64,000 nucleotides of DNA from a bacterium (GTDB lineage Bacteria > UBA8248): NCBI GenBank assembly GCA_965219955.1, contig OZ244799.1, positions 3,072,001 to 3,136,000 on the forward strand, written 5' to 3'. Within the stretch, counting starts at the first letter, position 1, and each line of letters begins with the position of its first letter. The notes under the pieces were generated by a model. The model was not told the origin of the DNA. It worked only from the letters and a program-made list of their open reading frames with translations, and made no database searches. The position numbers and the translations under genes were made by a program. Positions 1 to 8,110 of this stretch are shown here, one piece after another.

Positions 1-136
1 AAAGCGGAGATGCCGGGATTTTCCGATTTTATGTCTATCCAATATGGCCGACCGGCACCATTCAGTCAAGAAAAATTCCAGGACTTCCATTTCCGCCGGA
101 GCACAGGTAGCATGCGTCCAGGACGCCGAAAAGGGA

Positions 137-158
137 ATTGTGACAGAAATGTAACAAT
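137..158. promoter_or_regulatory. Imperfect inverted repeat, operator-like, upstream of the STAS gene
   Basis: ATTGTGACA-gaaa-TGTAACAAT, a 9-4-9 palindrome with one mismatch; regulator unknown. Confidence 0.3.
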
Positions 159-379
159 GAGTTGCCAAACGCGAAGAAATTCTATATGGTGTGGACCGCT
201 TTTCTCAGAGAAGTAGTCCCGTATGACTGCGCTGTTTGTCCGGGAATCAGGGGATGCGCTTGCGTTCATACGAAATGAGGCATTACGCTGGACATATTAT
301 TTTTGCTGCCTAAGCATACACTCTCGGGATATCGGGTCTATAACGAAAAATCTCACGCTGTTGGGAGGCAGAGCCAAGC

Positions 380-718
380 ATGGAAATCAAGACTGAACAG
401 GAAAACGGAACCTTGGTTGTGCAGGTTGATGGCCGAATCGACGGCGCTACCGCCCCTGAATTCGAGAGCACGATAAAGAACGTAATCAGCGATGGCGACC
501 GCGCCGTCATTGTAAATTTCGAGGGTGTCTCATATATCAGCAGCGCCGGCCTCCGCGCCGTCCTGCTGGTCGCCAAGCAGCTAAGCCAAAGCAATACGAA
601 GTTCGCCCTGTTCGCGCTCGGGGAGCTGACGCGCGAAGTTTTCGAGATATCCGGTTTCGACCGCATCATACAGATCCACGAGTCGAAAGCGGACGCGCTC
701 GCCGCAACCACAAGCTGA
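380..718 (+). CDS. Anti-sigma factor antagonist (STAS domain, RsbV/SpoIIAA-like)
   Basis: 112 aa; GRID and phosphoacceptor motif YISSAGLR; GGGAGG SD upstream. Confidence 0.93.
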   Translation: MEIKTEQENGTLVVQVDGRIDGATAPEFESTIKNVISDGDRAVIVNFEGVSYISSAGLRAVLLVAKQLSQSNTKFALFALGELTREVFEISGFDRIIQIHESKADALAATTS

Positions 719-862
719 GGGCCGGAAAGCAAAAGGGGTAAAACGCTTTCCTGGCCGCCTCGCCTTCCGGCTCCGCGCGTCCCGGTTCTCTGCGCGGCCG
801 CAACAATCCTTCAACTTTCTCGATATTTTCTCAAATCTTCCGGTGCGGGGAGTCGGCGCGGA

Positions 863-3055
863 TCACCGCGGCAACTCGATGATCATCTCCGTGAATTCGT
901 CCGGCTCGGTTTCGACCCGTATGTTTCCCCCATGCTGACGAATAATGTCGCTGGAAAGGGAAAGGCCGAGACCGGTGCCCTTGTCCGTCGGCTTGGTCGT
1001 GAAGAAGGGGTTGAATATCTTCTCGGCGACGTCGGGAGGCATCCCGCTCCCGTTGTCCCGAATGCGGACTTCAATGCCGTCCGGCCTGCACCTGGTGACG
1101 ACCTTCAGGGTGGGATCGTAGCGCGGCGCATCTTCGGCGGCTGAGGCGGCGAGACTTTTTCGTCTCTCGTCGGTGGCGTAGCAGGCGTTGCTCACCATGT
1201 TCAGGAAGACGCGGCCCAAATCCTGCGGGATGACATCGCATTCCACCATATCCGGATCCAGGTCCCAATCGAGCGTGAGGTTGAAGTTCGGGTCGGCCGC
1301 CCGGGCGCTGTGATAGGCAAGACGCGCGTGTTCCTCGATCAGGGTATTGATGTTGGTCGGCTGCGCTTCGCCCGAACCCCTGCCCATCTGGAGCATGCTC
1401 TCCACGATGTTGTTGGCCCGCTCCCCATGCTCGCGGATGCGCTGGAGGTTCCCGGTGAGGTCTTCGCCGATTTCGTTGATAATCTCGGCAGGATCCTCCT
1501 CGTCCTGTTTTTTCTCCTCCTCCTTCGCTTCCTGTCCGTTTTCCTGTCCGTTGCCGCTATGATCGAATACTTTCTCCAGCTCTTCCTTCAATTCCTCCAT
1601 CAACTCTTCGGAGACTTCCGAGAAGTTCTTGATGAAGTTCAGCGGATTCCTGATCTCGTGGGCGACGCCCGCCGTCAGTTCACCGAGCGCCGCCAGTTTC
1701 TCGCGCATGACGATCTGATCCTGCGCTTTCTCCAGATCGCCCAGCGCGCTTTCGAGTTCGTCGTTCTTGGCCTTGATCTCTTCGGCCAGTTTCTCCACCA
1801 GGTTCAGGCGCTGCACCTCCAGAGCGTGGCGGCGAAAGATCTCGAGCGCCGCGGCCATTTCCGCGACTTCGTCCTGCCCGCCGATATCGACTTTCTCCTC
1901 CAGGTCGCCGTCGGCCATGCGGCGCATGCGGTCCGAGAGACGCCCGAGCCGACGCGACAGCACACGGCCGATGAACAGCCACCCGATCAGCACGGCGCCG
2001 ATGAAGCTGATGGCGCTCAGCGCCAGCAGGATGTTGCTGCCGGTGCTGACGGCCTGGGCGGAATCCTGGGTGGCCTGGCGCGCGCTCTTGCGGGCCGTGC
2101 TCACCAGCGTTTCGGTAGCGGCAAGGATTTTCGCTTCCAGAGATTCGTGGAACGCGAGCAACTCGCCCTGTTTCCTCTCGAGCGCCAGTTCGCGGGCGCG
2201 CAGGTTGAAGCCCCCCTCCTCCCCGATGCTCAACTCGAGCATCTGTTCGAAGAGCGGCTCGAGAGCGTCGCGCACCGGAACCTTTCCGAGCGCGACCAAG
2301 CGCCGCCTGATGCCGCGCATCGTGGCCTCGAACCGCTCGCGCAGCGGCTCGAGCAGGGCGGCGTCCGATACGCTGAAGGCGGTGGCGAGAAGCTGCGCAG
2401 CGATGGTGGCGTCCGACCGCAAACCGGCGATGTAGCGGTAGAGGTTAATCCCCTCCTCCGAGAAGTGTTTCTCTCTGGAGACGGGCACCTTGTCGATTGT
2501 CCGGTAGCCCGTCATCGCGAAGAACAACTGATCGTCGATGGCGGGAACCATGACGCCGGTCAGTTCCTTGCGCACCCACGTGAGCTGGAGTTGCAGGGTA
2601 TCGCGCAGATCGGTGAGGTCGAAGCGCTGCAGCACCAGTCGTTTGATGGCGTTGAGGTTCTCGATCAGCACATTGCCGAGCTTTTTGATGCGCAAGGAGA
2701 TTTCCTCGTTGCCCCCCTGGCGTATCAGCGACGCCAGGGCCGTCTCGAACGCCTCCTGATCCTTTGCGACCTCGGTGGCTATCTGGTCCAGGTTGTCGGG
2801 ATTCACGACGGCGGCCAGGCGCGGCGCGGCAGCGACCAGGCCACTGCTTTTCTGTGCGGTCTCGAAGGCGCTCGCCAGGAACGGAACGGTGCCCTCGTTC
2901 ACGCGGTTCTGCACCTGCGCCACGAAACCGAACGAAACCCATGCGACCACGCTCGCGATGACGGTGAGAGAAGCGGCGGCGCCGATGCTGAGGTAGAGCT
3001 GCGTCGATATCTTGTAGCGTTTGTCCAGGAGGTTTTTGAGCGCGACTTTCATCAC
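863..3055 (-). CDS. Membrane sensor histidine kinase (TorS-like periplasmic helical sensor, HAMP, HisKA, HATPase)
   Basis: Two TM segments, HAMP, H-box AHEIRNPL, N-box NMVSNA, DNGSG, FFTTK, GTGLGL. Confidence 0.92.
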   Translation of the reverse strand: MMKVALKNLLDKRYKISTQLYLSIGAAASLTVIASVVAWVSFGFVAQVQNRVNEGTVPFLASAFETAQKSSGLVAAAPRLAAVVNPDNLDQIATEVAKDQEAFETALASLIRQGGNEEISLRIKKLGNVLIENLNAIKRLVLQRFDLTDLRDTLQLQLTWVRKELTGVMVPAIDDQLFFAMTGYRTIDKVPVSREKHFSEEGINLYRYIAGLRSDATIAAQLLATAFSVSDAALLEPLRERFEATMRGIRRRLVALGKVPVRDALEPLFEQMLELSIGEEGGFNLRARELALERKQGELLAFHESLEAKILAATETLVSTARKSARQATQDSAQAVSTGSNILLALSAISFIGAVLIGWLFIGRVLSRRLGRLSDRMRRMADGDLEEKVDIGGQDEVAEMAAALEIFRRHALEVQRLNLVEKLAEEIKAKNDELESALGDLEKAQDQIVMREKLAALGELTAGVAHEIRNPLNFIKNFSEVSEELMEELKEELEKVFDHSGNGQENGQEAKEEEKKQDEEDPAEIINEIGEDLTGNLQRIREHGERANNIVESMLQMGRGSGEAQPTNINTLIEEHARLAYHSARAADPNFNLTLDWDLDPDMVECDVIPQDLGRVFLNMVSNACYATDERRKSLAASAAEDAPRYDPTLKVVTRCRPDGIEVRIRDNGSGMPPDVAEKIFNPFFTTKPTDKGTGLGLSLSSDIIRQHGGNIRVETEPDEFTEMIIELPR

Positions 3056-4236
3056 TTCTCCGGCCGCCGCATTTTTTCGGTCGGAATGTAGCGGCCGCCT
3101 TCTCCGACGACGGTCATGAAAACGGCGTCCGAACCCTGGTTGTCGCCTTTACCGTAGCGGAGCATGAATCCGCCGAGATCGATGGCGGCCACGCGGCGCA
3201 GTTCCTCGAGAAGGCAGGCGCGATCGGGATTGCGCCCGCACAGTTCGAGGGCGCGGATGGTCAGCCTGCCGGCCATATAGCCTTCGAAGGAGACGAAGCT
3301 GGGAACCGTGCCGGGTTTGTGAACCTCCAGATCCCGCCGGTAGTCCGCCGCGATCTTGAGATTTTCCGTCGTCGGGAAAGGAACCACCTGGGTGACATAG
3401 ATGCCGATGCCGGCGGGGCCGAGTTCACGCACGAGCGCATTGCTGCCCACGAACGAGATCGTCACGAAAATCGGATTGAAACCCGTATGGCGCGCCCAGG
3501 CGATGAAGGAAGCGACCGGCTTGTAGGCTCCCACGAGAACCACCGCTCCGGGGTTCACGCGCCTGATGTCGAGCAGGGCCGTCTTGACCGCCGTCGTATT
3601 CCGTGGATAGACGCCGGTGACCGCCGGTTTGAGTTTGCGCCGCTCAAGCGCGCGGCGAACGCCCCGGTAGCCCGCCAGGCCGAAAGAATCGTCCTGATAG
3701 AGCACGGCGATCTTCTTGATCCCTAAGTCGTTGATCAGCCGGTTCACCATCTCCTCGGTCTCCTGAAAGTAGGAAGCGCGCAGGTTGATCACGTTCTTCC
3801 ATTTCGGATCGCGCAAGAAGGCGGCGCCGGTGAAGGGCGCGATGTAGGGGACGCCCGCTTTTGCGGCGACCGGGGTGGCCGAGCGCGAGGTGGGCGTGCC
3901 GACGGCACCGATGAGCGCGAAGACCTTGCTCTGCTCTATCAACCGGCGCGTGTTCAGGATGGCGGCTTCGGGTTCATAGGCATCGTCGAGGGAGGTGAGT
4001 TCGAGCCGGCGCCCGTGAACGCCGCCGCGCACGTTCGCCGCACGGAAAGCGGCTTCGATGCCAAGGCGCATCTCCTCGCCCAGAGCCCTCGCGGGCCCGG
4101 TGAAGGCTGCAGATTGTCCGAAAAGGATCCGCTGGGGGGAAACGCCGGGCACGGCCGCCTGCGCTCCCGACGCCGCGCAGATGAGCACTCCGGCGAGGAG
4201 GGTGAACGCCAGGCGGATTCGTCGCGGAAGCCTCAT
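3052..4236 (-). CDS. Type I (LivJ-like) periplasmic ligand-binding protein
   Basis: Signal peptide, GQSAAFTGP, DDAYEP, IGAVGTPT, YQDDSFG; 4-bp overlap with the kinase; no permease adjacent. Confidence 0.88.
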   Translation of the reverse strand: MRLPRRIRLAFTLLAGVLICAASGAQAAVPGVSPQRILFGQSAAFTGPARALGEEMRLGIEAAFRAANVRGGVHGRRLELTSLDDAYEPEAAILNTRRLIEQSKVFALIGAVGTPTSRSATPVAAKAGVPYIAPFTGAAFLRDPKWKNVINLRASYFQETEEMVNRLINDLGIKKIAVLYQDDSFGLAGYRGVRRALERRKLKPAVTGVYPRNTTAVKTALLDIRRVNPGAVVLVGAYKPVASFIAWARHTGFNPIFVTISFVGSNALVRELGPAGIGIYVTQVVPFPTTENLKIAADYRRDLEVHKPGTVPSFVSFEGYMAGRLTIRALELCGRNPDRACLLEELRRVAAIDLGGFMLRYGKGDNQGSDAVFMTVVGEGGRYIPTEKMRRPEK

Positions 4237-4652
4237 TCACTCCTCCGCTTGACAAGGCGCATGTGGTTCTTGTTCTCCTCCCGTCGATAGGTCACATCGT
4301 CCATCATCGTCCGCACCAGGTGGATGCCGAGTCCTCCCACGGCGCGGTCTTCAATGCCCGATTCCGTGTCCGGCTCGGGCGCGTCGGTCAGGGGATCGAA
4401 CGGCCGGCCGTCGTCGATGATATCGATGATCACCGCCTCGGGGTCCGAGACGAGTTCGATGTTGATTTCACCTTCTCCGCCGCGGCTTCCGTGGTTCACG
4501 ACGTTGAGCACCAATTCTTCGAGCACGAGGTCGACCTGGAATTCGATGTCCGGCGGCCAATCCTGCTCCCGGCTGAATTCCCCGATCGCGGATTGAATGC
4601 GTGGGAGGTCGGCAGCTTCGAACCCCATTGTCAAAGATAGTTTCGCGCTCAT
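4233..4652 (-). CDS. RsbW-like anti-sigma factor / Ser kinase (HATPase_c_2)
   Basis: EELVLNVVNHG, DDGRPFDP, GGLGIHLVRTMMD. Confidence 0.92.
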   Translation of the reverse strand: MSAKLSLTMGFEAADLPRIQSAIGEFSREQDWPPDIEFQVDLVLEELVLNVVNHGSRGGEGEINIELVSDPEAVIIDIIDDGRPFDPLTDAPEPDTESGIEDRAVGGLGIHLVRTMMDDVTYRREENKNHMRLVKRRSE

Positions 4653-5866
4653 TCACTCTCTCCGCGGCGATAAAGGGTCAGGCAGGTAATGTCATCGAAT
4701 TGAGGAGCCTTGCCCGCGAAAGCATTCACCTCCTCGAAAACCTTCGTGTTGATTTCCCGGGCCGAGGCAGGCGACGAACCGCCGAGGATATCCCGAAGGC
4801 GCTCGAGACCGAACTGTTCTGCCTTCTCGTTCTCCGCCTCCGTCACCCCGTCGGTGTAGAGAATGAGGGCGTCGCCGGGAGCGAGAGTCGCGTTGTACAT
4901 ATCGTAGCTGAAATCAGGCGCGATCCCCAGAGCGACGCCCGGATCCTGGGAAAGCAAACTCGAGGAGCCGTCGGCGTGAAGGACGAGCGGGGGATTGTGG
5001 CCGCCGTTGGAGTAAACGAGTTCCCCGGTATTGGAATCGTAAATCGCGAAGAAGACGGTGACGAACATCGCGGCGTCGTTGTTCTCCTGGAGCAGGCGGT
5101 TCACCTCGCTCAGCACTTCGCCGGGGCGAAGCAGGCGGTTCACCTCGCCGAGCACATCGCCCGGATTGGCGCGCGCGACGGCGACGCTGTTGAGCAGCGT
5201 GCGGCTCGACATCATGAAAAGCGCGGCGGGCACCCCCTTGCCGGAAACGTCGGCGACCGTGATGCCGAGGCGGCCGTCGGAGAGGTCTATCACGTCGAAG
5301 AAATCGCCCCCCACGTCGCGGGCGGGCTCCATGCCCCCGAATATCTCGTAGTGGGGGCTTTCGGGAAACCGGGTCGGCAGGATCGACTGCTGCATCTTGC
5401 TGGCCAGGTCGAGGTCGCTTCTCAGCGCGACCAGCTTGTCGCGCGCCTCGAGTGCTTCGCGCAGCATGGTGAGATGCTCCAGGGTCCGCTCTATGGTGAT
5501 CCGCAAATCCTCGAAGTCGATCGGCTTGGTGACGAAGTCGAACGCGCCCCTGTTCATCGCCGTTCGAATGTTCTTCATGTCCCCGTAAGCCGAGACGACC
5601 ACGGAGCGCACGTTGGGGTCGACCGAGGGGATTTGCTTGAGCAGCGTGAGGCCGTCCATCTCCGGCATGTTGATGTCGGTGAGCACCATGTCGATAGAAT
5701 CGGCGCCGTCGTTTTCGTTCAGGCGTTCGAGCGCTTCGACTCCGTTGCGGGCGAAGACGAACGAATAGCGGCCTCTTCGAATCTCGCGCCGCATGCGCTG
5801 CAGTACGAGCTGCTCGAGATCGGGCTCGTCGTCGACCACGAGTATCCTGTGCGGCTCTTCCATCAT
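4649..5866 (-). CDS. Response regulator with PP2C/SpoIIE phosphatase (RsbU-like)
   Basis: REC (VVDDE, TDINMP, TKP) followed by VGGDFFD, ADVSGKGVPAA, YTDGVTE, DDIT. Confidence 0.93.
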   Translation of the reverse strand: MMEEPHRILVVDDEPDLEQLVLQRMRREIRRGRYSFVFARNGVEALERLNENDGADSIDMVLTDINMPEMDGLTLLKQIPSVDPNVRSVVVSAYGDMKNIRTAMNRGAFDFVTKPIDFEDLRITIERTLEHLTMLREALEARDKLVALRSDLDLASKMQQSILPTRFPESPHYEIFGGMEPARDVGGDFFDVIDLSDGRLGITVADVSGKGVPAALFMMSSRTLLNSVAVARANPGDVLGEVNRLLRPGEVLSEVNRLLQENNDAAMFVTVFFAIYDSNTGELVYSNGGHNPPLVLHADGSSSLLSQDPGVALGIAPDFSYDMYNATLAPGDALILYTDGVTEAENEKAEQFGLERLRDILGGSSPASAREINTKVFEEVNAFAGKAPQFDDITCLTLYRRGESE

Positions 5867-6303
5867 GGCCTCCCTTCCGCCAGCATCTTGTCGCGCGCCT
5901 CGAAGGCTTCCCGCACCGACTTGAGATGCTCCAGAGACCTCTCGATGGTCAGCCGCAGGTCCTCGAAATCGAGCGGCTTGTTGAGGAAATCGAACGCGCC
6001 CCTGTTCATCGCCGTGCGGATGTTCTTCATGTCCCCGTACGCAGAAACGATCACGCAGCGCAGCTTGGGGTCGAACGCCGGAATCTGCTCGAGCAGCGTG
6101 AGGCCGTCCATCTCCGGCATGTTGATGTCCGTGATGACGATGTCGATTCCATCGTCCTCGTTCAGGCGCTCGAGCGCCTCGACCCCGTTGCGGGCGAAGA
6201 CGAACGAATAGCGGCCGCTGCGAATTTCGCGCCGCATGCGCTGCAGCACCAGGCCTTCCAGGTCGGGTTCATCGTCGACCACGAGTATCTTGTACGAATC
6301 CAT
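5863..6303 (-). CDS. Single-domain response regulator, near-duplicate of the REC domain of the next gene
   Basis: VVDDE, TDINMPEMDG, NKP; shares YSFVFARNGVEALERLNE and SAYGDMKNIRTAMNRGAFDF with 4649..5866. Confidence 0.9.
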   Translation of the reverse strand: MDSYKILVVDDEPDLEGLVLQRMRREIRSGRYSFVFARNGVEALERLNEDDGIDIVITDINMPEMDGLTLLEQIPAFDPKLRCVIVSAYGDMKNIRTAMNRGAFDFLNKPLDFEDLRLTIERSLEHLKSVREAFEARDKMLAEGRP

Positions 6304-6695
6304 CGTCCGGGCCTCTCCATCCCTTAGAGTTCATCCGACCAACGATCGAGGACTTTCGAATTCCAGCTAAATGTATAGAAGACTCACGCGGCGCGCAACT
6401 CATTTCTCACTCCGCCTCGCGCCCGGACGAACCCGCGCGGCGGCCTGCAACCCCCTGAAACCATGGCTTGAGCGGCGCCCGTGCCCGGCACGAAACCGCT
6501 CGGCCGCCGGATTCGCCCATACCGGCTTCTCTTCCCGCAGGCATCCGGACCTCCCGAGCCCGTGAGGCGATTCCGCGCCGAATGTGGATAAAGCGGCGAA
6601 AATTTCATCCGCCGCCCGGTTGTCCCGGCCCTCGCATTCGCGTATCTTGGTGTACGAAGCGCCGCCATGCGCGAACCACCAGAGGAATCCCCGCT

Positions 6696-7283
6696 TTGAC
6701 CCGCAAACCCAAGAGTAAAAAGAAAGGCGCAAGAGCCGCCGGCAGAAGCGCTCCGCGCCCGGCGAGAACTGCAGGCTCGAAGAACAAAAGCACCGCCCTG
6801 TTCGTCTGGGCGCTCGCCGTCGCCGCGGTCGTCTTCGGCGTCTATTACCTGACGGCCGCATCCGCGCACAAGGCGCGCGACGTGCCTTCCCTCGGCAACC
6901 GCCACATCCGCGTCGGCACGAGCGGCGCAGTTTCCTACAACACGAATCCCCCCACCTCGGGGCCCCACTATCCGACCATCGTCTCCTGGGGCGTGCACTG
7001 GAAGCCGATCGACAAGGGCTTTCAGGTGCATAACCTCGAAGACGGCGGCGTGCTGGTGCAGTATGGCTGCACCGATTGCCCCGAACTCGTGAAAAAGCTC
7101 GAAAACCTGGTGCGCGGCTACCCGAAGTACGTCATCCTCGCCCCGTATCCCTCCATGAAGCACAGAATCGCGCTCACCGCCTGGGGCAAGATAGACACGC
7201 TGGAAGCCTTCGACGAGAAGCGCATCACCGCCTTCATCGACGCCTTTCGCGGCCTCGACCATCACCCGCGAGGGAGGAGATAG
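6696..7283 (+). CDS. DUF3105 domain membrane-anchored protein
   Basis: NPPTSGPHY and VHNLEDGGVLVQY motifs, CxxC, LTAWG; TTG start after AGAGGA; basic N-terminus then one TM. Confidence 0.8.
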   Translation: MTRKPKSKKKGARAAGRSAPRPARTAGSKNKSTALFVWALAVAAVVFGVYYLTAASAHKARDVPSLGNRHIRVGTSGAVSYNTNPPTSGPHYPTIVSWGVHWKPIDKGFQVHNLEDGGVLVQYGCTDCPELVKKLENLVRGYPKYVILAPYPSMKHRIALTAWGKIDTLEAFDEKRITAFIDAFRGLDHHPRGRR

Positions 7284-7451
7284 GGTTTCCGGAGGGAACG
7301 ACACTCTTCGGTTGACGACTTCTTTTCGCCGATCGATTCGGAGCAATGCGGGGGTGTGGAAAAAGCCTTCTCGGTTGGAATTGACGATGCATTTCGTGCG
7401 CGCCTGGATTCGGGCGTCGTTACAGAGACGGCTGATGCGGTTCACCACGAA

Positions 7452-7647
7452 GCCGTCATTCCGGCGAAAGCCGGAATCCATTTTGACTTTTCACATGGCT
7501 GGGCGGCCACAAACTTGTTGTTGCGCGGCGTTCAGATGCGGAATCCAGAGGATTCGCCTTTCGTTTTTGTTTTCGATTCTGATCCTCCCCAAAGGGAGGC
7601 GAAAAGGCAAAGGCAAAATGGATTCCGGCTTTCGCCGGAATGACGGC
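7452..7647. repeat. REP-type inverted pair, perfect 34-bp arms
   Basis: GCCGTCATTCCGGCGAAAGCCGGAATCCATTTTG at 7452-7485 and its exact reverse complement at 7614-7647. Confidence 0.9.
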
Positions 7648-7706
7648 CAAAACCCCAAGCCGAGAAATCGCTTCCTCCTCGCCGACTCTCCCTCGACTCG
7701 AAACCC

Positions 7707-7800
7707 ACCCCCCCTACCCCCCTTGTCAGGGGGGCAAGAAAAAGCAAAACCCCTCAGCCCGGCGAGAGCGCATCGCCTTTTTATACCCCCCTGACTAGGG
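7707..7800. repeat. Second REP-like inverted pair (CCTTGTCAGGGGGG / CCCCCCTGACTAGG)
   Basis: Inverted arms at about 7719-7734 and 7786-7800; the right arm appears truncated. Confidence 0.55.
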
Positions 7801-7867
7801 ATTGTTGAAAAAGCCTGTTTCGGGATCGGCGGCAAGGAGGTTCACGCGGCGCAGACGTGATGGTTTT

Positions 7868-8028
7868 GTAGGGACAGGCCTCCGTGCCTGTCCTGCTCTT
7901 CGTGGTTGTCCTTCGTCAGGACAGGCACGGAGGCCTGTCCCTACGGCGAACAATCTCAAAGGTCGGACAGGATTTTTGGGAAGCCCCGCATGGCCGATCT
8001 CTCGGGCGGCCACGGGGGGCCGCCCCTA
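7868..8028. repeat. GTAG-type REP cluster (REPIN-like)
   Basis: GTAGGGACAGGCCTCCGTGCCTGTCCT at 7868-7894, reverse complement at 7918-7944, variant ending CCCCTAC at 8028. Confidence 0.85.
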
Positions 8029-8110
8029 CGGCCTCCTTTCGAGGGGACGCGCAGGCGATTCGGAGGCGGCCGCCTCGCAAGACGCGTTGGGGATGACTCC
8101 CGCGCGCGCC

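Noticed and set aside
1310-3091. Long antisense ORFs (593 aa here; also 4601..6211, 7802..10042, 23463..25148, 60583..62796)
   Set aside because: Shadows of well-supported genes on the opposite strand, expected in high-GC DNA; no recognisable motifs
7452-8028. Possible CRISPR array
   Set aside because: The repeats are inverted pairs of different families without regular spacers, and no cas genes are present
7312-8100. Short ORFs containing MDSGFRRND and VGTGLRACP
   Set aside because: Translations of REP sequences, not genes
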